Source: Octopus vulgaris (Eukaryota). From it: a DNA stretch of 64,000 nt. Under the pieces are notes generated by a model. That model was not told the origin of the DNA and did not search any database. It was given only the letters and a program-made list of their open reading frames with translations. Shown here piece after piece: positions 26,261-40,799 of the stretch. Numbering within the stretch: the first letter of the stretch is position 1; each line of letters opens with the position of its first letter. Where the stretch lies: the NCBI GenBank assembly GCA_951406725.2, contig OX597829.1, positions 25,606,001 through 25,670,000 on the forward strand. Reading direction: 5' to 3'. The position numbers and the translations under genes are program-made.

Positions 26261-28206
26261 TTTAGGGCTAGCTGCTTGTTTCCCTTTTAGAAAATTGTAT
26301 AATGTGAGGGAGATTTGGCTGTCGTGTCTAGTTTTTGGCCGTGTATATCATCTTAAAGTTGTGCGTTCACGCTACTACTAGTGTTACCTTCTATTAAAAC
26401 TACGACCTGCCATCTATTCTACAAACAACATTCTGCTGTCTTAAAGTGCATCAAGTCATACATAGGTACAATAAATGAATAAAAAAAAAAGGGTGGGGTA
26501 GGTCACGGATGGAACGCCTTTGCCTGCAAGGTGTGCTGCAACATAGATGACTTGGGGTTTGCAAGTTATACATCGCTTTAAATGAGCATTTAAAAAATCC
26601 CAATACATCAAAACGTTTAGTCAGCATAATAAAAATAAAAGGAAAAAGAAAAAAATCAATTATTTGTCAATGTATATCTTCTATAGTAAAACACCATACT
26701 ACTATCGGTGCACTTTGCACGTGCACTCATTTGATGACTCACGTGAACTGAGCACATTATTTTCCCCCCCACTCCTTACCACGATCACAGTCAGCTATCA
26801 AAATTTACTACATAGAAACTTTTCGTTTTTACCGCAAAAAGATTAGAATAAAGAGATCAATTCTGCATAACTGACCAAATGAAATGTAAAAAGGACAAAT
26901 TAATAGAGCATATTAAACATCTGTGGCCTTTGAAACTGAAATTATATTATATATATATTTCATTCATTCAACCCGCAGTAAGCGATTTGCGCGACTTCGT
27001 GATTATAGGCTATCATCCATCAATAGGTGGGTGATATCATGTTGGTTTAATGAGAAAGAGAGAGAGGGAGGGAGAGAGCAAACGGGGAAGCTGCGCTATA
27101 CGAAAAGAGTTGCAATATCATCTGCGCATTTTAGCATACTTACAAAACAGAAACTAGCAATCGAAAGTTGAATACTATAATATATTAGTACGTTTGTGTG
27201 TTAGACAAGGCGGCATTTAAACACCGTTTTGTGTATAAAAACATCTGACAATCATATTGCATATATGATAGTTTGTGTTCAGTTTGTATGTGTACGTTGA
27301 TAATTTTAGGTGCAAAAAGCATCCAAATCATTACTACATGTATGAGTGAGATGAAAGGACCAGTTATGTTTATCCACCACATACTAATGTCTACATTGAA
27401 CAGCTTTTCGATCAACTAATCTTATTGGAGTTACCTTCCTTGCTCCTATACACTAGCTTTTAATATCTTCTCTGATAATTGTATGGATGATATTAGTTAA
27501 TCGAAGTTTTTTTCAATTCAGTGTATCTGAGACCCTGCGGTATAAGTATTTACAATGTACACAGCTCCACTGAAGTACTTCCCTTCAGCCATATTGTTGA
27601 TATAATCAACATCACTATAATACACACGTGTCTATTATGTATGTCATGTTTTTACGCAAAACATGTTTTAAAATAACCAATGAGACAGCCTCTAAGTGAT
27701 TGTTTGGTTTGCTAGAAATACCAATCGAACTGTCTTTAATTGTACGTTCAAAGTAGCCTTAGAAGGGCACATTAGTTAATTTGATTCTTAGTGGAATGTC
27801 TTTGATCTTGATCGGGGCTAAAATTAGAGCTTAGACCACAACTTCTCTGATGGGAAAAATCACGCGCACACAGAACGTGGTGCTCCATAGCATTGGTTAA
27901 AACAACGAAAGACCATTGTGTGCATACATATATATATATACATAAGACCATTGTGTGCATACATATATATACATATATACACACACACACATACATACAT
28001 ATATGAATCAAGTCGAAGAACAAAACTGGAGCTCCATATTCGATTGCCGGTTACACCTACGCTAACCATGGGAAAGGCATGAATATCACATTAGACAAGA
28101 ACATTAGGATTAATCCAAATGCTATGTAAATTGGCTATATATGCGTGTGTGTGAGTGTGTATACACACACATGTGTATATATAGGGGGTGCGTTGTATGT
28201 GTGTAG

Positions 28207-28243
<37 letters not shown>

Positions 28244-28553
28244 CGCACAAAACATTGTGTATGTGTAAGATAACTGAGAAACTGTTTATCGATAGTAACC
28301 CAATTCAATTCTTGTATCAGTTGCTAGAAAAAGAAAATATTAAATGAATGAAATTTAAAATAAACATTCCTCTCTCTCTCCTTTCTTTTATCAGCTCCCG
28401 TCAGAAAATTCAATTCAAATAAACTAATGAAAATTAATTATGTATTTAAAATATTTTTCATTAAACAAGAAAAATAGACTCGTTCCTTCGTAAAAATAAA
28501 AGACCCACGAATAAGATTAATAAATTCGTTATTTTCCATTTGATCTCGTACAC

Positions 28554-28609
<56 letters not shown>

Positions 28610-29135
28610 GTGTGTGGGTGCGCGCGTGTATCATTGAAAATAGATCATGTTCGCAAGTCGTTCTCATAATCGATATAAGTGTACGGAAGCAGCATAGATC
28701 TAATAGAACACACCCTTGCCTCACTATGTTTCTCAAAGAGGAAGAGAGGAAGCTAGCTGAACACTCCTGCTAGTAACTTAAAACTATAGAAATACTACAA
28801 ACCTCTAGTAAAGTATATGATCAGCTAGAGTGGGTGGAGGGAGGTAAGGGGGTTCTTTTTTTTTAAATAGTAAATGATTTTTCTTCTTTCCAGCTTTTAT
28901 TTCATTTTCCTCCGACCACTTCTCCATCCTGCTTTAAATTACGTTTCTTTTAAAGATTTGTTTTCAATATGAAATTTGAATTAAAAGATTCTCTTGTTTT
29001 CGACCCCATAAAATTTTCTTTATCAAAACGCAAGCTTTGAACGTATTATAACAGATAGAAAGACGAACATGTAAAATATAAAACATCACATACACAAATT
29101 TGTTAAATACGTAATAGTTTATATTAAAGTGAAAT

Positions 29136-29186
<51 letters not shown>

Positions 29187-29758
29187 AAATCTTAAGAATA
29201 AAATGCAAAAAAAACAATTATCTACAGAACACGTGTTTTGTTTATACATTCAATTATATCTAACTATATAGGAGGTGAAATCCCATTTACTAACATATTC
29301 GACAGGTTTGATAGCATGGCGAAGATGTTAGCAATGATCATTGAGGGGAATTCCGAAACGTTAGCAACAATAATAGTAACTTATCATATGGTTATTAAAA
29401 AAAAAAAATAAGGGCTGCTCCAAGAATAACTATTTATGTGTAAATCGGTGATAGAAAACAGATGGGGAATAAGTATACGGACTATAAATTTTCACCGGTA
29501 TATTTAAGCTGGCATTAAGTTATTGAAAATATCTACACTTCACTCTTGAAAATACCCACCCACAACATGGGAGCTTCTCAGTGATCGCTGGACGTGATTA
29601 GAAATAACAGTCAATTTTCCCTTATTTACAGCGTATAGTCATAAATATGCACAGAACTCATAGAGCTTGATATTCTATATATATATAATAAAAATAGGAT
29701 GGTCACGGTTGAAATCTTAATTATAGATCTGCACAGATACACATACGCATATATACAT

Positions 29759-29789
<31 letters not shown>

Positions 29790-30605
29790 ACCACACTTGA
29801 AATCACGGCGTAAGAATGAAGTATTCCAGGTTGGTACCAACAAATTATTGTATCAATAGACAAATATTTCGAAACATGTTAGAAAAAAATGCAATGTAAA
29901 ACCAGGGTACAGAAGAGATTGTGGTGCGTCTCAATGAGGGAGCTATCTTTCTAAAATGTAATTCACAAATCACCTCAGTGAATATCTAAACACAGGGATG
30001 TATGCAATATGAGAAAAACCACTCACCTATACACATGTATACATATGTGGTGCATTTGTGTTTACACACACACGTGTATGTATACGAGATAGTTCAATAT
30101 AACAGTATATGTATTACACACGCATAACATGTTTCACTCACAAATACGTACATATAAACAAGATGTTCACTATATATATATATATATATATATATACAGG
30201 GATAGATAGTAATGTGTATGTGTACACATACATATATACATACACACATCGTAACTGAGCCATAAGATAGATACCACTCCCCTTTTTCCACAAACATGGT
30301 ATTTTTTTAATAGATAACAGTAACATGAATAATAAACTTTTAGTACGTGTACAGCAGCTGAGAGCTAAACGCAGAGAAACAAGGCATTAGATACAGTTTG
30401 TTTTCCATTAAATAAAATACAGTACTGTATTGTTATTTCACATTGTAAATAAAACACCATGACTAAAAGAGAGAAAACAGTAGAGAGGAAGAAACGTGTC
30501 TTAGACATGAAGTATAAGCAATCACTTTCCGGTAAACAAATATATATATTTATATATATATATATATATATATACACTGCATGTAAACGAATAGCAAATT
30601 CTTAC

Positions 30606-30853
30606 CAACATCTGGGTTTATAACCGGAAAAAAATTAAAAACGTGCGCAAGTGCGTCTCTCTATCTCTCTAAATATATATGTATGTATACATATATATAT
30701 AGAGAGAGACAGAGAGAGAGAGAGTGTGTGGAGAATAAAATCAAGACTGAGAAAGAAAAAAACTTCATAAACATTAATATTTGTAAAAATATGAAACATT
30801 GAGTTATTTTACCTTTTTCTTCCTCCAGTAAAAAAAGTCTTTTTTTTTCTCTT

Positions 30854-30888
<35 letters not shown>

Positions 30889-31140
30889 GTGTATGTGTAT
30901 GTGATACCCGTTGCTGCCGTTGTGCCAGCTTTCTTCCTCAATATGGCAAGCTGCCCACTGCCTGCCTAGCAATATGAATGTAAACTACTTGGTCGTACTA
31001 CAGCGAATGTAGATTCATTGCTGCTTCATCACGTAATCCAAAATTAGCGAACCAATCGCCCGGTGCCTGCTATGCTGAAAGCATTTCCATTTTTGCATCC
31101 TTGGGTGAGAAAAGGTACGTGTTTTGCCATTGGTCGGAGT
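30606..31140 (-). promoter_or_regulatory. Candidate promoter and non-coding first exon of a minus-strand gene
   Basis: Unique, relatively GC/CpG-rich island; CCAAT boxes at 31052-31056 (+) and 31129-31133 (-); ATCACGTAAT bZIP-like site at 31028-31037; donor TTG|GTAAGA on the minus strand at 30605; CpG-depleted domain downstream. Confidence 0.5.
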
Positions 31141-32664
31141 CAGTTGGAGGGGGAGAGTGAAAGAGAAAGAAAAGGAACACTAATCCTACTACCACCACCA
31201 CCACCACCACCACCACCACCACCACTTTCGTATGAAGGGGAGAAGTGAGTACAAATACAGAGGGGGAGAAACAAAGAAAGAGAAAATACGACACATTGAA
31301 AGAATGACACATGGAGGTAGAAAAATGGGAAATAAGGGAGTAGGGAGGAAGGCAAGCGTGACAAGGGAGATAGAGAGATTGAAAGAGTTAAAGACAAAGA
31401 GAGAACGTAGAGTAGGTTGAGGAGAGAGGAGTGCAAGCGTGACAGTTAAATTGAATGAATTAATGAGAGAGAGAGAGGGAGTGGTAGGAGCAATGAGGGT
31501 AAGTACAACAAGCAGGTCTAGAAATTGAAAGAGTTAAAAGAGAAAGGCAAGGTTTTAGTGACGGGGACATATAAAAATATTTCAGGAGTTTATTCATTGA
31601 AAATTTAAATTAACATTAAGAATAAAACGAATAATAGTAGGAATAGAACGGTACCTACAGTGAAAAGAGAATTAATGAGATAAGAAAAGAAACACGGGAA
31701 ATATTAAAATTAAAATATATATATATATATATATTGTAAATATTGTAAATATTGAACATTCAAAAATAGTTGATAAAATAAATTATATTAAAATCTTAAA
31801 TTAAAAGTGATCTACATTAATTAAAACTAACCTAGAAAAATATCAAAACAACGTAAATGAAATCAATATCTCTTCCCCTACTTAGAAAAAAAAAATGTAG
31901 CTAATCGATTACGTAAGAAAGATTAAAAAATAAAACGCAGAAAGAAAAGGAAGAGACTTTATTGCATGCTTTTAAAGGGCCAAAAGGTGAAAGCCTCGTT
32001 TTAATATCGCGTAAACACGCACCTGCCTACTATTACTACGACTGCTACTACTACTATACAACCATTACTACTGTTACTACGATTTTCTATCATCACTACT
32101 ACTACTACTACTACTACTACCACTGCTGCTGATTTACAGTGTACAGCTGCTTCGGTGTTCAGATGACCGTAGCTCTCTCTCTTACCCCTCTGCCAAAACA
32201 CCTACAAACAAATTCATTTTTAATTCATCGAAAACAATAACTTAAGCACACACACACACACACACATATAAAGGCGGGTGAAGAAGAAAAATAAAATGAA
32301 GTATATTGGGAGTGAAAGGAATATTTTGTGAGCCCTGATCCAAAAAGAAAAAAAATTATCTAGATAATTCCCTTTAGTCACACAGTGGTCGGTAAGCCTG
32401 CTAGAAATAGCTACCTTTGAACAATGAAGTAAGGATAATGAAATACTGGATACAGTCAATGATACAAAATCCAGTTATAATTTTGTCTAATTATGGTTGT
32501 CTTCGATTTAAATAAGAGCAATAATAATTCCATCGCTTTGAATTTTATTTTCATGTTGACTGTATTGAGTCTTACAAGCGCACACGCAAAACTAATACAA
32601 ATCTAACTTCTTGTTAATAACACTGGCATTTTATTTGAGGTACGAACTCTATTGTTGCTTATAT

Positions 32665-32668
32665 ATAA

Positions 32669-32730
<62 letters not shown>

Positions 32731-32833
32731 CCAATATATTCCTACCAATCGATTTCTCTTTTTTCTTTATCTCTCTCTCTCTTTCTTTCTATCGCTCTTT
32801 CTCTCTCTGTCTCTTTCTTTCTATCGCTCTTTT

Positions 32834-32884
<51 letters not shown>

Positions 32885-33070
32885 CTCTCGCTTTCTCTCT
32901 CTCTCTTTCTCTCTCTCTCTCTTTCTCTTTCTCTCTCCCTTTCTCTTTCTCTCTCTCTCTTTTCTCTTCCCCTTTTCTTTCTCTTTCTCACTTTTTCTCT
33001 TTCTCTTTCTCTCTCTCACCTCTCTTTTTCTCTTTCTCTCTCTTTCTTTCTCTCTCTCTCTCTTTCTCTA
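32665..33070. repeat. Compound microsatellite (TA)n, (TTTC)n, (CT)n
   Basis: Direct reading; explains most of the 312-aa low-complexity ORF at 32611. Confidence 0.95.
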
Positions 33071-33312
33071 AATGTATGTGTGTGTATATATATGCGTATG
33101 TATGCATAATGTATATATATAATGTATACATATCTACACATCTATACATGTGTTTATACACGCATATATATATATATATATATATGAATATGTGTGTGCG
33201 CACGCCTACATATATTTACATACATACATACATACATACACGCATACACACGTACATGTTTATATATGTAACCACATGTGAATCATTGGCGATCTTTTTC
33301 CCTCTGTCTTCT

Positions 33313-33347
33313 GTTTTTGATGAAGAGCTTTGCTCGAAACGTAAAAC
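33313..33347 (+). ncRNA. Minimal hammerhead motif (C3U variant) in an element of about 160 bp
   Basis: GTTT-TTGATGA-A-GAGC-ttt-GCTC-GAAA-CG-TA-AAAC. Stem I GTTT/AAAC, stem II GAGC/GCTC; related copy at 41869-41904. Confidence 0.65.
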
Positions 33348-33434
33348 TACTTTTCTTTCCTTCCCTGAGCATCTTATCAATATTTTGCATGTACCACGTC
33401 CTCGCTTATTTGTTTTTTTGTGTGTTTTTCCTCG

Positions 33435-33481
<47 letters not shown>

Positions 33482-34107
33482 GAGTAGTATCTCGGTTTTC
33501 GAACAACTCTGATCACGAACAAATCGTGCTTATATATATATATGTATAAAGGAATACCAAAAATGGGACAAGGACGCAAAATATCTAGACAGACGATACA
33601 AAAAAAAAAAAAAAAAAGAACGGATCATTCGGAGTTTTCTTTCTTCAGTCGAGTTCCAGATTATCTTTGCAATTTCGGCAGGTTATGCTTGAGATTGTTC
33701 CAGTCTGGTCCGCTCCAAGGAAAAACTAAGCTAAGAGCACTAGAATTCTTGGAAGAAAGCAGTGAATGTATACAAGGACGGAAAAACCGGAGAAATGGTA
33801 CACAAATACAAATGCAAATAAAGAACATTAACAACAGGTGTCTTTCGAATAAGGACAAATTAAATTAAGCTGGCGTGTGTGGAAGTGAAGCTTTACGGCA
33901 GGGACATAAGAGATGACAGGCATAGGGGAGGAATATAGATGTTGCACGGATGGTAGTCGAACCAAGCACTGTAACAGACTAGCAAGTGGCCTTGATTGTG
34001 GACACAGACTAGTCAAGCAAAGATAGGTAGATAGATTTATATATATATATATATATAAAGCACGATTTGTTCGTGATCAGAGGCGTTCATAAACCGAAGT
34101 ACAACTG
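33482..34107. mobile_element. Palindromic Tigger-like MITE split by an insertion of about 490 bp (33546-34030) in its central (TA)n
   Basis: Arms 33482-33531 (AGTAGTATCTCGGTTTTCGAACAACTCTGATCACGAACAAATCGTGCTT) and 34058-34107 (reverse complement); a further related TIR ends at 34188. Confidence 0.7.
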
Positions 34108-34188
34108 TATTAAATGAATATGAGAAAGACATGAGATAAATTACGAAGTATTCGTGATCTGAGTTGTTCGAAATTCGAGGTTCTACTG

Positions 34189-34286
<98 letters not shown>

Positions 34287-34369
34287 GAGGGGCTTGTGTG
34301 TGTATGTGTGTGTGTGTTTGTGCATGTGTTATATATATATATATATATATATGAAGAGAGAGAGAGAGA

Positions 34370-35328
34370 GAGAGTTGGCCAAAATGTTCGTTCAGTTTTT
34401 GTGAACTCTAAACTTCAACCACTCTAACTAGTAGCTAACTTCAGTCTATCCTTTGCACATGCACACTTGTTAGATACTGGACCCTTCAATGTAGTTGGAA
34501 TCACCTTTGAAATGGAGAACCAAAACGAACATTATAGACATTTCATGCTTTTGTATTTTAAAGAAAACAAAGAAAAAACAAACGACAGCATAAACTTGCA
34601 GGAAGATATGCTCTGTATACGGAGAAGGTGCTGTTTGGAACATGTATGCCAAAAGTGGTTTTTCAAGATTTCATTCGGGAAAGACGTACTTCGATCTGGT
34701 CGGGCAATTAATAGCGTCAAAATAGAGTTAATTGACACCAACACCTGCTATAAAATCAGGATAATCGCAAATATTCTCCAGTTAACCAAATCAAGTTTTG
34801 AAAACCATCCGAATCAACATCGCTACGTCAGCAGGCTTGGTGTTTCGGTACCACATCAGTTGAATGAGGATAACCTCGTCCAACGTATTTCCATCTGTAA
34901 TTCGTTGCAGAAACGTGAAAAGAATGGTGACAGGTGAAGAAAAAGGGATCGTCTTTTATAATCGTAAGGGCCTTGTCTGTTAGCACGACAATACCAGACA
35001 ACATATGTTTTTGAAGTTGCAGCAGAAGTTACTAGGAGTTAACTGGAAAGTTTTGCGGCACTCTCCATGTTCGCCCAACTTTGTGAATTCAGATTTCCTC
35101 CTGTTTCAAGCTCTTCAAAATCCACTGAATGACCGGACCTTCATCATTGAAGAAGATGTAAAAATTCACCTGAAAGAGTTTCTAGTCAGCAAAGATAAGA
35201 AATTCTTCGAGCAAGGAATAATAGGTCTACCCACAAGACGGCAGAAGATGCTGAAACGAAAAGGTAATTGATTGAATAATTTGCTTTGTTTCGCTTTAAA
35301 TAAGCTAACGGACTTTTCGACCAACCCA

Positions 35329-35329
<1 letters not shown>
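34370..35329 (+). mobile_element. mariner transposon (mellifera-like), internally deleted and inactive
   Basis: MENQNEHYRHFMLLYF..., RSGR, VPHQL, VTGEEKG, HDNTRQH and HSPCSPNFVNSDFLLF match mariner WVPHEL/TGDEKW/HDNARPH/YSPDLAPSD. TIRs GTTGGCCAAAATGTTCGTT / AACGGACTTTTCGACCAACCCAA|TA. Confidence 0.9.
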
Positions 35330-35359
<30 letters not shown>

Positions 35360-35522
35360 TGTATGTATGTATGTATGTATGTATGTATGTATGTATGTAT
35401 GTATGTATGTGTTTATGTATGTACGTACGTATGTATGTGCATGTATGAATACACACATATATATATATAGAGAGAGAGAGAGAGGAGGAGAGAAAAGGAT
35501 AAATAGATAGATAGATGGAAAT

Positions 35523-35581
<59 letters not shown>

Positions 35582-35583
35582 TA

Positions 35584-37025
35584 CCTGTGGCCCAATCGTG
35601 GTATATTAAAGAAGACTTGGGGGGAAAAGAGTGCGATTTCTGGTCGTCCAGAGAATCTTGAGGCCAGGTCTTGTCGGCCGAAAAGGTAAAGAAAATATCC
35701 CTAGTCATGTGTGGAGAAGAGTGCGATCAAGTCGTTGAATGGAAGCGCGCCAAGTATCAAAGCCTTTTACAGGGTTGTAGCCATAACGATTACCAGTCGA
35801 GGTTGGCTATATATAATTTCCCTACCTAGTCAATATGGGAATGCTTACAGTCATTGGAAAATGAAGAAAGAAGCGAAAGGTAGTTATGCACATGATGAAA
35901 GAGGCAACAGAAAGAATCTCCAAATGGTTATGGAGCAAGAGAGAGAAGTTAAGCTGGAAGCTATGAGGAAATGATGAGCAGTTATTTGGCCACCTCTGTG
36001 GACTCACCAGCGGGAGAATGTTACGATTCAAGGTCAAACCATCGGATAATAGCTGGTTACTGTCAGAGGACATCAATTTCTTCTTGTCAGCTACGTTCAC
36101 CAAGATGAATGAAGAAGCTCTTCCTTTAGATGTTATCTGAAACACACCGGAGTTTTCAGCTAGATTTGGCAAATGCATACGGATCAAATCTTTGTGTCTT
36201 CATATATGCGTCCCCAGCTATACTAACATAGACTAAAATGAAGTTTAAGTCTATGAAATCTGGGAGTATGGAGATTAGGAAAGGTAAATTAACAAACACA
36301 ATCAAACTGCAAGTGCATAGAGAAGCTATTCCACAGCTACTTTGGAGGAACAGAAAGAGGAATGGATCAGGGCTTCCAGCAAATTTCAAAGTTTGGCTCT
36401 ACCAACACGGACTACTGCCAAGATTCATGTGGTTGCTGACAGTGTATGAAGTTCTAATGACAAGGTTAGAAGGAGAAGAAACCAAAGAAGTACCTCCGAA
36501 AGAGGAGGTATCCTTCCAAGCTTTACTTCAATGCGCCTATAGATAAGACCTAGATAACTCTAACTGCCTCTGTCGTCCGTGGTCAAGGAATTCAAGGTCA
36601 CGAATGATATATAGGAACTTGCAGGACAAGTGTGTCAGCCATACAGATATCACCACAAGGTCTGGGAAAAAGTGGATAGCCAACACTACAGACGCACTGG
36701 ATAAAAGAATGCTGAAGCTAGGCAACATCAATGGAAATACATGCACAGGATAGCAGGGATCTCCAGTTCTCAATACCTACAATGGAAAATGCAGATACTA
36801 AGAGGAAATGGAGGGCCAGATATAATGTGAGTCCGAATCGTTTTAAGATTACGATTTCCTTAGGTTATCCAGAGAACCCTGAGATCAGGTGTTGTCTTGT
36901 GGGTCCGAAAAGGAAAAGAAAATATTTCTCGAGTTGGTTACAGTCTCTCGTGTGAAGGGTAGAATCAAGCCTTTGAATGGAAGCGCACCAAATATCAACT
37001 TTTTTGCAGGATTGCAGTAAAAATT
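35584..37025 (+). pseudogene. HERO-like non-LTR retrotransposon fragments (RT and restriction-like endonuclease)
   Basis: SGLPANFKVWLYQHGLLPRFMWLLTVYEV and LPLSSVVKEFKV..TRSGKKW; two copies of an LRP/SxVVLW...EWKRxKYQ endonuclease segment at about 35650-35780 and 36875-37015. Confidence 0.75.
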
Positions 37026-37199
37026 GCAGTGAAAACACACGCACACACACACACATACTACGGGCTTCTTTTCGAAGTTTCCATTTGTCAAATCCACTCA
37101 CAAGGCTTTGGTCGGCCCGAGGCTATAGTAGAAAACACTGGCTCAAGGTGCCATGCGGTGGGACTGAACCCGGAACCATGTGTTGGTAAACAAGCTACT

Positions 37200-37333
37200 T
37201 ATATTTGGGAATCTGCCAGATCAGATAATCTTCCCAGTCGAATAATTTTTTTCTCTTGTTTTAACTTCATTTGTTTTTCACTGGTGCCATATATATATAT
37301 ATATATATCATCGTCATCATCATCATCATCATC

Positions 37334-37377
<44 letters not shown>

Positions 37378-37450
37378 GATGATGATGATGATAATATATA
37401 TATATATATATATGGCACCAGTGACGTCGCTTGGCACACACACACATACA

Positions 37451-37543
<93 letters not shown>

Positions 37544-38425
37544 GACACCAGTGACATACATGCTTACACAAGATATGGGGTTGGACAAGTGGAAGTTAAA
37601 TGGAAGTTATTATTTAATATGAAAGAACTATCGCATTAATCACAATTTCAATACGACGAGGTATCAATTCTTACAGGTTCTGAACGGTTGCTGAAGATCA
37701 AATAAATAACCTGCTAACACTTTCCGTGCTGTCGTCCGTGTCAAAATGTACCATAAATGTTCGATTATATTGAAATCTGGTGATCGTGGAGGCCAATCTA
37801 AGTGGTCTACTTGACTACTTAGTCGTCGTACTAGTTGTGATAACAAAGTGGATAGCCAACACTGAAGACGCACTGGAACAATGCTGAAGCTAGGCAACAT
37901 CAATGGAAATACATGCAGATAAGAACTGTTCCTTCCTGAAGAGCTAGGAGTGATGTGGCCGCCCATATCTTTAGATAAGACCTCCATATATAGAGGTTAA
38001 ACAGATCAGAGCTGAAGGCGTCTCTGGGCTGCGTAAAAATATAAACTAACTCCGGAGTGAGAAAATATGGTTGAAATTTATGCAGAGAAAATGATATTGT
38101 CTCATTGGAGCTCATTGACCAGCCTTTTATAGTCTAAACACCATTTCTTGTGTTGATGGGGAACAGAAAGTTTAGCAATTGCAGCCAAAACACCAGCACA
38201 GACTCAGTCTCACTTAGACATCCAGCTTGTCAGATCCAGCTCACAAATACATGCACAGGTTTTGAGTTCACATCAAAGTTAGCAATAGTTTACAATGGAA
38301 GAAGGCAGATACTAAGGAAAGGAGGGCCAGACAGATATAAATGGGGTCCGATCGAACTTCATTTGTTTTTCACTGGTGCCATATATATATATATATATAT
38401 CATCATCATCATCATCATCATCATC

Positions 38426-38469
<44 letters not shown>

Positions 38470-38540
38470 GATGATGATGATGATGATGTATATATATATA
38501 TATATGGCACCAGTGACGTCGCTTGGCACACACACATACA

Positions 38541-38612
<72 letters not shown>

Positions 38613-38882
38613 TATATATATGAATACATATGTCTGTATATAGTAGACAGCTGTGTTTGTTCATGTAAACAGCAAACTACATATTGGAACCAACTCTGCT
38701 TAATCAATTATAATGAACCAAATATACTTAATGTATATGCTTTGTGCATTTGTTGGATACATGTTTACATAAAAATATATATGAGTGCAATATGCGTGTA
38801 TCGTTACGCGTTTGGCGTGTTTTGTTCATATTTATTGTATGCGTGTATCTATATATATATATCATCATATCATCATCATCAT

Positions 38883-38927
<45 letters not shown>

Positions 38928-39109
38928 CATTACTTGTTTATATACTAGGGAACAATGTTTGTATGATAGGGTAGACTTAATCAACCAAAATACTCAGATA
39001 ATCCTTGCTGTTAACTGTTCTATGTAGAACAACTGAAGAGCTAAGTGAATTCTGTGATGTGGCCGCCCATATCTTTAGAGAACCACCTCCATGCTTTACG
39101 GTAGAGGTT

Positions 39110-39154
<45 letters not shown>

Positions 39155-39360
39155 AACACACATATATATATATATTTATATATATATATGACGACCAGTG
39201 ACATACATAGTCTTACACAACACCATTTCTTGTGTTGATGGGGAACAGAAAAAGTTTAGCAATTGCAGCCCTCACTTGACATCCAGCTTTACAGAGCTCA
39301 CGATAAACGGTTTTGGTTCACACAAAGTTAGCAAAGTTGTAATTTAGGTCTGCTGTAATT
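37200..39360 (-). mobile_element. Scrambled Tc1 transposon fragments
   Basis: GRLSDLADSQ (N-terminal, about 37205-37240), WPPRSPDFNIIEHLW (about 37750-37800), TVKHGGGSLKIWAA (about 39060-39105). Confidence 0.75.
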
Positions 39361-39568
39361 TTTCTGCCGTAGTTTGATGGTTTTTAGACACAATGCGATT
39401 CACTATTCTGCAGTTCCTCTCTGTGAGTTTAGCCTTCCAGTAGAATTCTGTTGGCTAGAACTGTTTAAGTTTGGTTATGGATATAACATATGTTTATATA
39501 TATATATTAAAAACCATGCATATATGTATGAAGCGCCTGCCGTACGCGATCCAACAGTTTCTCTTCTT

Positions 39569-39599
<31 letters not shown>

Positions 39600-39662
39600 T
39601 ATCTAGTTTCAGCTCACAAGCTGTGGCCATGCTGGGGCACCGCCATTTGCTGGGGCACCGCC

Positions 39663-39765
<103 letters not shown>

Positions 39766-39906
39766 ACACATTCCAGTAGAATAGAACAAGTTTGGTTATG
39801 GAATAACAACATGATTTTAGAGACAGTATTTCTTGAACCATGAAACAACTCAGATGTTTTAGTGACTGAAGCGCCTGCCGTACGCGATCCAACAGTTTCT
39901 CTTCTT

Positions 39907-39937
<31 letters not shown>

Positions 39938-39987
39938 TATCTAGTTTCAGCTCACAAGCTGTGCCATGCTGGGGCACCGCCATTTGC

Positions 39988-40086
<99 letters not shown>

Positions 40087-40098
40087 CTCTCTCTTTAA

Positions 40099-40197
<99 letters not shown>

Positions 40198-40348
40198 ACC
40201 AAATACAATGTTATGCTTTTATACATAAAAATATATATGAGTGCAATATGCGTGTATCGTTACGCGTTTGGCGTGTTTTGTTCATATTTATTGTATGCGT
40301 GTATCTATATATATATATGCACATATATATATATATGTTTATATATAT

Positions 40349-40402
<54 letters not shown>

Positions 40403-40410
<8 letters not shown>

Positions 40411-40799
40411 TACTTGTTTCAGTCATTTGACTGCGGCCATGCTGGAGCACCGCCTTTAGTCGAGCAACTCGACCCCGGGACTTATTCTTTGTAAGTTCAG
40501 TACTTATTCTATCGGTCTCTTTTGCCGAACCGCTAAGTGACGGGGACGTAAACACACCAGCATCGGTTGTCAAGCAATGCTAGGGGGACAAACACAGACA
40601 CACAATAACACACATACATATACATATACATATATATACGACAGGCTTCTTTCAGTTTCCGTCTACCAAATCCATTCACAAGGCTTTGGTCGGCCCGGGG
40701 CTATAGCAGAAGACACTTGCCCAAGATGCCACGCAGTGGGACTGAACCCGGAACCATGTGGTTGGTTAGCAAGCTACTTACCACACAGCCACTCCTGCG

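Noticed and set aside
29340-29366. GGAATTCC-GAAA-CG-TT resembling a hammerhead 3' half (similar cases at about 29870 and 51040)
   Set aside because: No CTGANGA core or stem I upstream.
31116-31133. Possible ER-stress element (CCAAT near CACG on the minus strand)
   Set aside because: Spacing and sequence do not fit CCAAT-N9-CCACG.
32611-33549. 312-aa ORF, the longest in the track
   Set aside because: Made largely of (TA)n, (CT)n and (TTTC)n translations with no recognisable domain.
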